Shown: one piece after another, positions 51,340 to 63,784 of the stretch | Numbering within the stretch: the first letter of the stretch is position 1 | Layout of the letters: every line of letters starts with the position of its first letter | DNA from: Octopus sinensis | Taxonomy: Eukaryota | DNA length: 64,000 bases | Reading direction: 5' to 3' | Assembly: GCF_006345805.1 (NCBI RefSeq) | Contig: NC_043004.1 | Coordinates: forward strand, 3,658,001-3,722,000 | The notes under the pieces: generated by a model | Told to the model about the DNA's origin: nothing | The model's input: only the letters and a program-made list of their open reading frames with translations | Databases searched by the model: none | Translations under genes and position numbers: made by a program

Positions 51340-53300
51340 TAAAAAGACATTTAATGATTTGTTTATTGCCGCAAGGACAACGAATATACGACATTGCAAG
51401 GAGAAATTTACAAAAAAATTGTAGGAGTTTTACATCAAATGGAGTAATAAAATATATAAACCAAATAAAATGCAAAATTAAATACCATGTATATGTTCCC
51501 TACAAGAGAATTGTCCCCTATCACCAATCAGGACACTTCACACATTCCAGGCCTCGGTCCTGTCATTTACAGCAGATTTAATTTCTTTGGCAGAAATTTT
51601 TTAACTTCTGCTTTAGAAGTTAAATTGTTGAAGAATATTCTGTTTAATTTAAAAGCCCGCCATACAGTCGGAGTGCTATGAACTCAAGAAACTTCATATT
51701 ATTCTGAAGGAATACGGAATGGTACGAGAGGTGCATATAAACAGGACAACGCCATTGGGTTCGCAATTCAGAACCGTGAAGGTCAGAAAATATCACAGGA
51801 CTTATCCAGAGCCTGGTTAAGTTATCTGAGGTCTCTGCTTCGAGACAGCGAATAGATTGGATAATTTACTTCGAGTAGATAGTTCGACTGGACAGCATTC
51901 GTCTTCACTTATTGTTTCAGACCCGAACAAACGTTCGAAGTTTTTTGAAGATCCATCTAAGACAACTTCTACAGTTGAGAAGGTTGCCTGTACATCAAAC
52001 TTTCATGGGTCACTGATTGATTTAGTCCAGTCGAAACTGTCTCATAGCTTTGGATTAGTTTCCAAAGGCTGTCACATAATTTTTATAGTGATATTTTCTT
52101 GTTCGTCTGAGTAAAGGACCATCGATCAATCTTGTTTGACGCCTACACTTGGACGTCAACAAGAACCTCTCTCGACGTAAGAGACCATCCTCAGATCATA
52201 TGAAGACTCTTTTACAACCTCTTCCAATAAAATACCAAACTGAATTGTTTAGAGAACTTAATTTTAAAACCCCAGTAATTTCTAATATTAAAATTAACAT
52301 CTCAGATATTAATTTAAACCTAAAATCAATCGGGTATCTCACCTACATAAAGCACAATAGAAAGCTCCTGCATATAAACTATATAATCACCTTTCCATGG
52401 TCTAAAAATTAAGACAGTAGAAGACATCTTGTTTTATGAAGAGTTCTTCAAACGCTTTTCTTATTTTTACGATGCTTTCGCTAAGAATAGCTTTACAGAC
52501 AAAATACAATGCATACAACATAACAATAATACGCACACGATTATAAATTGCTTTCCAAAGTGTAATACAGAAGCATTTCCCTAACGCACTAGGATAGCAC
52601 AGAGTATTTAACAAACATTCTATAAAAGTTAGCTATAGTTGCATAGAAAATAGCAACAGAGTATTTAACAAACATTCTATAAAAGTTAGCAATAGTTGCA
52701 TAGAAAATCTCGCTATTTGTCAACGATCAGCAGAAGAATTCGTACAAATGCAAATACAAGCCTAAATAAATCCGGTTCTTTCTCATTGCACAATCATTAT
52801 ATCACTACTTCTTCGCCTTCAATGGAATGTGTCTTTATAAACATTGATATGACGAAGCAAAGTCTCTTTAGCTAATGATATACCCATGACTATAACGATC
52901 TCACCGACAATCCATTTAAAACCCGCTTAGTACAACACTTATTCTGTTTTCGGCATCTAGAATCAAGGAATACTACATCATTTGCTACATATTCAAAAAC
53001 ATGCAAAAAAATTGTCAGTCACCAAAATGTTACAAAACGCAGCAACTTATCCAATGGCTGTCAATTCTGCAGAGAAAATTTAACATTTTGACTAAGGATT
53101 ATGCACTAATAAATAAAAATTGTGAAGCAGTCTGTGTTGACGAGAAGTGCATCTTATGGCAATTTTCAACAACAGGAGGCTTAAATTCAAACATTTATTC
53201 ACGACCATCACCAACAAAAGCAAGCGCTTTACAAAAAGCATTTCAGAGTAACATTTCACGGAAACGTATTCACACTCTTACAAAACACGTCACCGCAATA
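51340..53300 (+). mobile_element. Decayed Penelope-like element (RT plus C-terminal GIY-YIG; Naiad-like motifs)
   Basis: Across frames: LFIAARTTNI, NISDINLNLK, QKHFPNALG*HRVFNKHSIKVSYSCIEN, NGMCLYK, DLTDNPFKTRLVQHLFCFRHLESRNTT and KFNILTKDYALINK. These are in the expected PLE order. Confidence 0.75.
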
Positions 53301-53509
53301 AGACAATACTTTCACCAATAAGATTCTTCAGAACTTCCATCGTCTATTTTTGCCTTTTTTACTTTTTCATTTTTAAGATATAATTTTTTACTTACAATTT
53401 AAATTAAATTTATATATACAAAACTTATCTGTCTGAGGTTCCTGTTGTGACTCGGAGTATTTTGTCATCAACATTGTATGACAAAGTAATACTAACACAA
53501 ATAACAACA

Positions 53510-53730
53510 ATCGTTCAAAATTTTGGTACATGGCCGACAATTTCGGGTGTTTCGAGGTAGATCGATTACATCGACCCCATTGATTCACTGGTACTTAAAT
53601 AATCGACCCCGAAAGGATAAAACGCAAAGTCAATCTAGGTGGCGTTTGAACTCAGAACGTAAAGACGGACGAAATACTGCTAATGTTAACGATGCCCGTA
53701 ATGTTAACGATTCTGCCAGCTCGCCACCTT
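53510..53730 (-). mobile_element. SINE family A
   Basis: Reverse complement of head, core and tail. Confidence 0.8.
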
Positions 53731-53744
53731 AATGATAATAGCAA

Positions 53745-54340
53745 CAACAACGCTCTCATGCAGTACCCAGCAGTGGTTCTCATGGCTTCTGATCTTAACT
53801 GATTGGAAGTGTTATCATGTACATTGTTTTGTCTTGGTATAAAAGGTGGGCTACAGCAAATATTCTGCTCAATACCACAGATTTGCTTGTCAGTTGTTTG
53901 ACCTTAACCAGTTGAGCATGACCATTAGTGGATGTTTATATGTGCATCTCTGATCAGGAACAGAAGTAGTGGGGGAGCATCATAGTCATGTGTTGAGAGG
54001 GATTCTTGGAGGTTTGGATAATTCACCTCTGAAAACATGGGTGTTTTGTTCATAATCCTTAAACAATCCTTATTCAGGCACCTTTTGAGCGGGATGGGCT
54101 ACTCGACCAGAAGAATATTCTAACTGGGCCCCACCTGCAACGTCATGTACTGTTTATCTTGATATGAGATCACCATGTCGCGCACATATGATTGTGATGC
54201 ATGTGCCTAGTGTACACTTATCAGACGGGTAGTCATGATGGGTATACTGGGCTTTGTATATTTTACCCCAGTGTCACTTTGAGAACATGCACTGCTCTCT
54301 CACTCAATGATAATAATAATAATAATAATAATGACAATGA
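53745..54340 (+). mobile_element. ~560-bp non-coding retroelement piece ending in (AAT)n (probable LINE 3' UTR or SINE)
   Basis: Complex sequence ending CTCTCTCACTCAAT+(AAT)n, embedded in AAT/AAC repeats; family not identified. Confidence 0.45.
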
Positions 54341-55139
54341 TAATCTGGTTGAACAGTTAGCGTTTGCGTCTTTCGTATTTCGTCCTTCCAACTCGTTGCC
54401 CGACTTTCACTGTTGCGGTTGCTTATGTTGGCATTGTTAGTGTGTAAGGGGAGGAGTGGTGGTGGTAGTGGTGGTAGTAGTAGTAGTTTTACACTTCGTG
54501 TCGTTTTGGTTTCGTATTTATTTTATGCTGATTCCTTGTGTTTTGTAACGAGACAGTTCGAAAGAGGACAAAAATCAATAACGAAAATGAAGAAAAAAAT
54601 CGATTGAAATAATCGATTAATGAAATAATTCTTTCGTTTCGTGGGAGGAGGGACAAGTGGACGAGTGTCTTCTAGGATCATCCCAATTCGGTCAATTTTG
54701 TCCAATTTTTTACTGAATTTTAAAAAATGTTATTTATTATATTTTATTTCTTTATTTTTCTAAGGTTCACACCTCTCATTCGCAGTATCTTAATATTTCG
54801 GCATAAATTTGTTGTTATTTATTTTTGCAAAGAAATAGGGGTGGGGGTTCTTTGGGGGGTTTTCAAGAAGGGTGTCACTTTTTTTTTATATCTAACCAAT
54901 ATCGAAGCTATAGTCAAAGGACAATTTAGCATTAATTAACTTACATCGCGTGTGTTGATTTTCTTAAATTAATTCTTCGTCTTTCTGTCTCTGTCTTCAT
55001 AATTCCCGCCCCTCTTTCCTTTCATCGCTTCTCTCTCCCTCTCTACCCTTTATTCACTGACTCACCTCTCTCTCCCCCTCACCCTGTCTCTCATCCTTTC
55101 TTTTTTTGTCTCATTGTCTTTAGCTAGGTATCTACTTTA

Positions 55140-55258
55140 TCATCTCTCTCACATCCTCTCTCTCTCACATCCTCTCTCTCTCACATCCTCTCTCTCTCAC
55201 ATCCTCTCTCTCTCACATCCTCTCTCTCTCACATCCTCTCTCTCTCCCTCTCTCTCTC
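55140..55258. repeat. 16-bp minisatellite (ACATCCTCTCTCTCTC), ~6 units
   Basis: Direct inspection. Confidence 0.9.
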
Positions 55259-55630
55259 TACGTGTGTGTGAGTGTGGTTAGCCATTTACCTTTGTCTCTG
55301 TCTTTGACCAGTATCCAGTTGATCCGATGCCCCGTGGTCTCCTTCCAAATCCTCAGGGAATCTTATTCGAAATAAATTGATATCACTCGGACGGGGTGGG
55401 GGCGATTGACCATGTCGTTAGAACGCCGGATGAAATACGTTGTGATATCTCTTCCGGCTCTCAACGCTTTGAGTTCAAATTCTGTCGAGATCCATTTTGC
55501 TTTTCACCCATTCTGGGTCGATAAACAAAGTAACCAACGCTGATATAATCCTCTTTCCCTCCAATTGTCACATTCACATCCTGGACATTGCGTTGAGTCG
55601 AAGATGTAAGGGCCAAAAATGTATCTGTTT

Positions 55631-56067
55631 TAAGAGATGAAGAATTATTCACATTATTTACATTATTTACATTTGACGGATATTTGTCCTCGTCTTGTTT
55701 GTTGTTTACATAACGTTTCGGCTGACATACCATCCAGCTTTCACCAGGTGTCTTGGGGAAATTTGGAACCTGGGTTCTCATTCCTAAGGTATTTTTCGAT
55801 ATTATCATTATTCAGATCACTGCCTGGAATCTAACTCGGAACTCGGATATATGGCATAGTAGTTAAAAAGCGCGGGCTACAAACCCCAAGATTCCGAGTT
55901 CGATTCCAGGCAGTGACCTGAATGATAATAATAATAAGATCGAGAAATACCTTAGGAAGGGGAACCCAGGTTCGAAATTTCCCCCAAGACACCTGATGAA
56001 GGCTGGAGGGTATATCAGCCGAAACGTTAACAACAAACAAGATGACAAATATCAGTCAAATGTAAAT
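55631..56067. mobile_element. tRNA-headed, hammerhead-containing SINE as an inverted doublet (- 55631-55845, + 55846-56067) in a 13-bp TSD
   Basis: AATGTATCTGTTT at 55618-55630 and 56068-56080; A-box TGGCATAGTAG, B-box GAGTTCGATTCC. Confidence 0.85.
55993..56028 (+). ncRNA. Minimal type I hammerhead ribozyme core (PLE-type); helix I apparently disrupted in this copy
   Basis: CTGATGA-A-GGCTG-gagggtatat-CAGCC-GAAAC-GTT with palindromic ACGT helix III. Confidence 0.75.
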
Positions 56068-57763
56068 AATGTATCTGTTTGTTCACGACTACATGGGCCC
56101 CTAAAACCCTTCTGGAAAACACAGTACATGCTACCAAGCCATATGCGCTGGCAAGTAACGGCTGTAATTTTATATCCGGGTAGAAATGAATCATTCATTT
56201 AATGCCATGGTATTAGATATCCGAGTGAAGGTGCGTGTCTTAATGGTTAGAGCATTCGATTTATGACCAAACAATTGTGAGTTCGATTTCTAGCGTCCCG
56301 TCCAGGTGGGGAACCTATACGCCAAGGAAACCGAGAAACCGGCCCTTATGAGCCAGGTGTGGCTCGAGAAGGAACAAACAACTGTTCCTCCCAAAGGATG
56401 AAACAACAACAACAACAAACGTAGGACGGATAATAATAAAGTGGATAGTAGCACAGCAGATGATACAAAAATACTTTCGTCGTGTGTGTGTGTGTGTGTG
56501 TTTACGGTAATAAACGTTGAAATTAAGGAAGTCCTTTTCTTTTTCTGATCACAGAATCAAAAAGCGTCGTTTAACCACAACGTTTAATTTGCACGTTAAA
56601 GCCTTTAAGCCTTTCAGTTCCAGCGTATATAACATAAGGTTTACATAAAGCTGGAATGGCACTAGCTGTGCTATTGCGCCTCGGAAAAACTCCCTAAAGA
56701 GACTTTTGTTCGTAATGAACACAGGGTTTTGCTCAGGACGTTGGTGGATTGCCAAACACGGTATTCCGACATGATTTGGTCTCCTCACTGACGAATACTC
56801 CGGATGTTCTGAGCCAAGCTGAAAAATACCGATGTGTGCGAAAATTAACCAGACAAGAATTAAACTAAGATACACTTGAAATAACTTTAGATTAATAGAC
56901 CAGTGAATATATATATTTATATACTGTCTCAGATAAACTTACATAAATTACAGTAGTCCATGTGAATGAGTTTATTTTAATCTAAGGCTGTTTCTAGTGC
57001 GTATATTAAAAGTATTTCGTTGCAGCCCTTTACATTCTGAGTTCAAATTTCACTGGGTTAGTCTTTATCTTTGAGTCTTCTGGGACCACGGCATATAAAT
57101 GCTGTTTTTAGTTATGTCTAGCTTCAAAACTCTGCAAGGAACGACTTCAAAAACCTTCAACTATGAACTGAAGTCTATTTGAATTAAATCTTTCGTCATA
57201 AAAAGCGCCAAGGCTTAACACTGTCTCAGGAACCATTTGTTCTTTTTGTTTTTTGCTTTGTTTTGCTTTTTGTTTTGTTTTTTTTTTTTACTGTAAGAAC
57301 CAGAAAGAGAAAAAGTTTTTATGCGCTCACTCGATATAGCAACCAAATTGTCGCGAATCACAGCCTGACGCCTAACAACAAAGAAGGATACATTTAGTTT
57401 TAGATATACACAAAAGGCGTGATGGTCACGACAGGAACACATCTCTACATGGCCTTGCTTTTTGCTTTTTGAGCCAAAAAATTAACTAACTAACTAACAT
57501 CATAACTGACCAGAGGCGAATATCGACAACAACAGGAAACTTGATCTCCTAGAAATAGCAGTCAAATTCCCTGAAATTACACACGCCTATCTTAAAAATA
57601 CAAGTAGAAGGCGGTATTGGACAAACGTTGTCCTACGTACACAAAGAGACAGGATGGTCGTTCTGGAACGTCTTTAAGCATAGAATTGCCTACTACTAAA
57701 CCACAATACCAGCGACCCGTTACCCACTTTTTATTTATTCATTTATTTACTTATTCATTTAAA

Positions 57764-57805
<42 letters not shown>

Positions 57806-59219
57806 TGTTATTATTATTACTGTTATTATTATTATTATATTATTATTATTATTTACTTATTCTGTTGTCATGCGAAGCCAGCCACCGATTCAACCGTTTC
57901 TTTGCCCTTCGGCATCTTTACAAATTCCGCAACATTATAAATTAATCGCGTTGGCTATAGAAAGTAAGTCAGTTTGTCCAGAATAAAAGACAGCCGTGAC
58001 CATTATCTTGGTGTGTTGCTGTTGTTGTTGTTGTTGTTGTGTCAGCCGTCGTCGTCATTGTCGAGTGAAATAGGGGGGGTAGGCTTTACTTTTCATTATT
58101 TCTTTTAGTGACTGGGGGGTGAGAGGGAGAAAGAAAAAGGGATAGAGTGAGAGAGAGAGAGGGAGAGGGAGAATATTGCCTGGACGCCCCGAAGGTTAGT
58201 CCTTCCTCCTTCAGGGAATGAGAGGGGGGGTCGTGGTGGGAGGAAGATGTATGTATAGGGTGGTGGTGGAGGGAGTGGTGATGGAGATCTGGTGGTGGTG
58301 TTAAGTGGTGTTGGTGGTGGCGAGATTAAAAAAACCTGAAGGCAACTCAATTATAATAAGATGATAGGGGGGGTGATGAAATGGGGGGATCCGGGTCCGT
58401 GTTTGTGTCTTCCCCTCCCGTTAACACCAACCACAGGTTCCACTAACGCCACTCCCATCACAGAACATTCACCACCACCTCCACCACCACTACCACACTA
58501 CCCATTATTACCACTGACCACCACCACCACCACCACCACCTTCACCACGAGCCATTACCAACGACAACACCACCACAAACCCTCACCTTCACCATCATCC
58601 CCACCACTATGTCCTCTACTACCACCACCACCACCATCACCAAGCACCACCCTAACCACAACCACCCACCTACCCATCCACCACCGCTACCATCACATTC
58701 ACCCTTCTCTTCTTCCCCCTTCAGTGGGTACGAAATTTTATGACCCCAGGGGCAACTGTAATGAACCTTGTGCTTTAGGGATCAGTAAGGAGGGGCTGCG
58801 AGAAAGGAGGAGGTAGTGGTGGGATCAGGAGGAGGAGGAGGAGGAGAAAGAAGGATATTCATATAATTGTTCCCTCCCTCCTCACCCCTCCATCTGCTGA
58901 CCCCCCCCTACACGGACAAATGCAGACAGAATTTACGACTGGGTATGTGTGTGCGTGTGTGTACGTTTGTATGTATTTGTGTGCTTCTGTGTCTGTACGT
59001 ATGTGTCTTTGTATATATGTGTATATATGTGTATGTGTGTATACATGTGCATTTGTCTGCGTGTTCTAATATGTGTGTGTGTGCGTGTGTGTGTGAGGTT
59101 ACTAGTGTTTGTTTGTATGTATTTGTGAATGCGTATTACTGCTTGTGTACGAGTACATTTCTGTCCGTGTATGTCTGTGTGTCTGTATGTGTGTTTGTAT
59201 GATTCTGTGTCTGAATACC

Positions 59220-59252
<33 letters not shown>

Positions 59253-59504
59253 TGTGCATTTGTATGTATAAAAGTATGTTTATGCGTGTATGTTGGTCGA
59301 TGTGCACTTGTATATACATACTTGTATGTAGTTCTGTGGCTGCAGTTGTTTGTGTGTGTATGGTATAGTCGTCTCTGCGTATATATGTATAGGGCGATGG
59401 TAGTGGTTGTGGTGGTGGTGGTGGTGGCGAGGTTAATGTTCGGCTGTGTGCCTGCATGCATGTGTGTTTGTGTAGATATGTCACTATAAATGTTTTCAAA
59501 TTTT

Positions 59505-59900
59505 TCCACAAGGGCAGCAATGTGGGAGGAGGGGAGGAGTCGATTAGAACGACCCCAGTACGTAACTGGTACTTAATTTATCGATCCACGAAAGGATGAA
59601 AGGCAAAGTTGATCTCGGCAGAATTTGAACTCAGAATATGTCGACGGGCGAAATATCGCTAAGCATTTCGCCCGGCGTGCTAACGATTCTTTTCTACTTT
59701 AGGCACACGGCCCGAATTTGTTTAGGGAGGAGCCAGTCGATTAGAACGACTCCAGTACGTAACTGGTACTTAATTTATCGACTTCGAAAAGATGAAAGGC
59801 AAAGTCGACCTCAGCGGAATTTGAACTGAGAACATGGTGACGGGCGAAATATCGCTAAGCATTTCGCCCGGCGTGCTAACGCTTTTGCCAGATCGCCGCC
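59505..59900 (-). mobile_element. SINE family A, two tandem units
   Basis: Tail Y (...AGTAGAAAAGAAT) joined to CGTTAGCACGCCGGG of the next unit. Confidence 0.85.
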
Positions 59901-60259
59901 TAATCTGTTTCTATAAATGATACATGCATATCTGTGTATGTGTGTGTGTGTGCATCAATTGTGTCTGTATGCTTGTGCTTTTATCTGTACCTGTGCCTCT
60001 AAGTATGTCTATGTGCCTCTTTTATGTGTCCCCGTATGTCTGACCCGTGTGTGTGTGTTTTTACATGTAATAGCAATGGGAGATTCACCACACCTTCCTA
60101 ATTTCAATTAACTTGACAGTATACAGCGTGAGTCCTTGTGGCTTAGTGAGAAACCATTAAGGTCATTGGACAAAATCGGTTGAGCAACAAAGAAAATCAG
60201 TAGACAACATTGGTAGAATAAAGGTGGGGATGGAAATAGTCGAATGTCTACATGTGTGT

Positions 60260-60632
60260 AGAGGGCGGCGAGCTGGCAGAATCGTTAGGACGCCGGGCGA
60301 AATGCGTAGCTGTATTTCGTCTGCCGTTACGTTCTGAGTTCAAATTCCGCCGAGGTCGACTTTGCCTTTCATCCTTTCGGGGTCGATAAATTAAGTACCA
60401 GTTACGCACTGGGGTCGATGTAATTGACTTAATCAGTTCGTCTGACCTTGTTTGTCCTCTCTGTGTTTAGCCCCTTGTGGGTAGTAAAGAAATAGGTATT
60501 TCGTCTGCCGTTACGTTCTGAGTTCAAACTCCGCCGAGGTCTACTTTGCTTTTTATCCTTTCGGTTGATGTAATCGACTTAAAGCCTTTGTTTGTCTCCT
60601 ATGTTTAGCCCTCTGTGGGCAATAAAGGAATA
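60260..60632 (+). mobile_element. SINE family A: head plus two units
   Basis: Junction GTAGTAAAGAAATAG|GTATTTCGTCTG at ~60497, the same as in the 25.2-kb array. Confidence 0.9.
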
Positions 60633-60989
60633 TATATATACAGAGTTTGACAGCTTACATAACTTGCAAAGAAAATAAAGTATCTTCTGTCTTGGGACGG
60701 TCATTATGTCGATAATAATAAATACTCGCACTGGTTTAATATCACTTAGTGCTAGTCAATCGGTTAAATATCTAATCGATCGTTTGTTTAATGTAATTAG
60801 TTAAACAATCAATCAATCTATGGATTGCACTGTAGAGAGTTTTTCCCTCACCCTGTATCATGCATTATAGATAAATCGTATCGTGTTGACATTTCCGAAA
60901 AACTCCTAAGAACATGCTTCACGAGTTAATTCCTCCAAGTTATCACCCTCGGGTGTTTTTTTCCTGCTTCTATATTTCTTCTGTGCATC

Positions 60990-61790
60990 CGGTATTTCGT
61001 TAGGTTTTTGTTTGTTTCTTTTTCTGTGGTTGGATTGTAAGTGAAAGTTTAAGACCTTGCATGTCTTTTAATGTCACTCTGAACATCTTTCCATCAATGT
61101 AGACGTGCATGACCTTCTGCAGAGAATGGAAAGGCTTTTTGTCTGCAGCTGTAGAATTGTCCAATTTCTCCAGATGTTTATCTCTGACCATTAGTCAGGC
61201 TTTTACTTTGCCAGAACTTCCATTCCAACTCCTGTGATGTTATCACTTCGAATTTTAACTTGATTTGTGGTTGCTTTTCACTATTTTTCGTAGTTTCTGC
61301 TTTCAGTGGAATGTGAAGCGACATTCAAAGGTTGAATCGATGTAAAGCCTCGACTTCTTTGTTTCTGTATAAGGAAGAGAGAGTCAATTCATTTGGCAAG
61401 GAACTTTCTAGTGACCGTCAGTAGTTTTCAAGTTTCAATATCGATGATCTGGATGTCCAACCCTGAAGGCCAAGTGTTGCTACGAATTCTAATTTTAGCA
61501 GACAGATTGTGAGCCACTGATCCATTATGCGTAGAGAGCTTCGAGGAAAATATATTTTTCGTGAAGGCGTAATATTTCTTCATTATTTGCAACAAGTTCC
61601 ATCATTTCATCCGTTCTTTGGTACCTGTTGTGTTTATCGTTTGAAACTAACCAAACAGACCATTCGTAGCTATGTAGCAGGCTGGTCGCTAGTTTTCTTT
61701 TGTTTTGTAATCGCGTAGGAACATTTCTCTTAGACAAACATCATTCTTATATCTTTAGAAAGTGGTATAACCAGATCATGGTTCTTTGTA
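60990..61790 (-). mobile_element. Decayed R4-clade fragment (post-RT region)
   Basis: YYAFTKNIFSSKLSTHNGSVAHN...IDIET*KLLTVTRKF...IDSLFLIQKQRSRG resembles the R4/Dong RKLLT...DRLYLPRKxGGRG region. Confidence 0.65.
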
Positions 61791-61955
61791 ATATTATTGG
61801 TGTATGTACAGAATCCCCTGACTATCGCTGGTGTTACGTTGGCGGAATTTGAACGCACACACATGTATCTGTCTACTTTTCAATACTACAAAAACCTCTG
61901 ATGCAAACAAACATGCAATTAGACACAAAAACAAGAATATATATGCCTCAATATA

Positions 61956-62176
61956 CAATAATCCCTCGACTACCGCGAGTGATACGTTCCAAACCCACCC
62001 CCGGCGATAGATGAAAATCCACGAAGTAGAAACAGTACTGTATATTTTTTGATATTATTTTTATAATTTGTATACATTTATTTTATTATAAATGCAAACC
62101 AACACCACGGAAGAATCGACGTAAGCTTAAATAATAAACCGCGATAGGTGAATCGCGATAAGACAAGGAATTCTAG
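61956..62176. mobile_element. Tigger/pogo-like MITE
   Basis: TA|CAATAATCCCTCGAC...CCGCGATAGGTGAATCGCGAT...CTAG|TA; TIRs match at ~11/16 nt, TA TSD. Confidence 0.6.
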
Positions 62177-62249
62177 TATTCAAATCGTCAGGTCGGTATT
62201 TCCGTTTTCGCGTCATCCAATTGTACGCTCCACAGATTTCCTCATCAAT

Positions 62250-62710
62250 GTGTATGTACATTGGGTGTGTATGTTTGTATTTCTCGTTTTTAATTATTTG
62301 ATCTTCCTGAAAGGAGAAATATTTTGTATTACAAATAAACAAACCTGTTCACTGAAATTTTGTTCACAAAAGTGATAAGAGCTACAAGTTAGACTGGAAA
62401 AGTCTCGCTTATTAAATAAAAGCTACTCAAAGTTCAAGGCTCTCCAAATTGCCGCTTAATCATTAACTAACGCAGCCACGTGAACTAATAGTTAATGGTA
62501 TAAATATGAATTTGTAATTGAGGTAGAGAAGTTACAATATTCAGGGCAGTTTTCCATAAATATTCTTCTCACTGATTTTCGGAAGAATTGTCCATGTCTG
62601 CAGGGCTTCTGATCTCTTTGTCGACGGGATTTTTTTCCTGATCGAAATGGCAGCAGCAGAATCTTGGCAGAAGCTTTGATAGAAATATTCCACCAATATT
62701 CTAGTCCTAC
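62250..62710 (-). mobile_element. Decayed R4-clade endonuclease-domain fragment plus 3' UTR
   Basis: LEYWWNISIKASAK...KISEKNIYGKL..LLYLNYKFIFIPLTI, homologous to 63013-63612. Confidence 0.7.
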
Positions 62711-62809
62711 TATAGTTGTATGTATGTATGTATGTATGTAGGTAGGTAGGTAGGTAGGTAGGTAGGTAGGTAGGTAGGTGGGTGGGTATGTTTGCATGTA
62801 TGTATGTCA

Positions 62810-63612
62810 TTGCTAAGTTTAATTTCAAGACTTCTTGCCGGTAGAGAAAGAGCCGCTTTCTAACCTAGATTCAAGGCTCCTTCATTAAAATTTCAATATC
62901 AACAACAGGGTATTTTTTATTTGTATGTATGCATAGGTGCCGGTTTGTATGTTTTGCTTTATGTATGTATTCTCATTCATATAGTTACATATCTACACAT
63001 GCTCATATATATTTAAATGATAAACTTCTGGAAAGTTTTACAGATTTTTACAGTTCCAGTGATGGATTGGATCTGTAGTTTTCGAATTAGCTTTCTCCTT
63101 TCTGGTTTTGAGAAGCCTAATTTCTCGAGATTGGTATTTAGGCAGTGTGTTACACATCACAGGACCCCAATAATTACAGGTAAAAACTTGAACTTGTAAT
63201 CTGGATAGAGTAACTGCAGATTTCTCAATAGTTCAGCATAGGTGTTCCCTTTTTCACTGATCTTCAGCTTTATGTTAACACCCGTTAGGCAGCTAATTTC
63301 CACAACTGCACACAATTTCCTCTTCTCTATCCCAAATCATAATATCAGGTCTGTTGTGCTTACATTTTATTGAGCTCTTCACTGGGACATTCCACCAGTA
63401 TTCCTTTACATTATGAGTGGTTATCGCTTCTACCATGCTGTTGCTTCTTATTTCTTTGTCCTCTGGGTTATCCTTCCGGCGGATCTCGTTATACAGTGTC
63501 CGAGCTACAAAATCATGTCTCATCGGTAGATAATACCGTGATAACATTTTCGGACAACTGCTTATGATGTGAATGATATCTTCGGTGTTAACTCCACAAA
63601 GTCTTCTATGTA
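62810..63612 (-). mobile_element. R4-clade 3' fragment (CCHC plus restriction-like endonuclease plus 3' UTR)
   Basis: LCGVNTEDIIHIISSCPK, EYWWNVPVKSSIKCKHNRPDIMIWDRE, VVEISC and LQIQSITGTVKICKTFQKFII*. Confidence 0.9.
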
Positions 63613-63784
63613 TGTATGGAGGGATGGATGGATGGATGGATGAATTCAACAACGGGGACATGGCAGTGTGGTTAAGAAGCAGTTCGGCAAAAAAAAACGC
63701 TAATACTTAGTGCGCACGCACAGCAGAGTCGAAGGTCAGTCTATGGCCAGCGGCTTCACTCTGCGCGCTTTAGTTTCATTATTA

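Noticed and set aside
56549-56875. 108-aa minus-strand ORF in complex sequence
   Set aside because: No recognisable motif and ambiguous splice signals; cannot be supported without a database search.
57870-57969. ATG-initiated 31-codon stretch ending in a strong GTAAGT donor (similar weak candidates at 3209-3262 and ~44360-44375)
   Set aside because: Splice-like motifs are expected by chance in 64 kb; peptides are unrecognised and no partner exons were found.
58361-58816. 151-aa Pro/Thr/His-rich ORF
   Set aside because: Read-through of degenerate (ACC)n low-complexity sequence.
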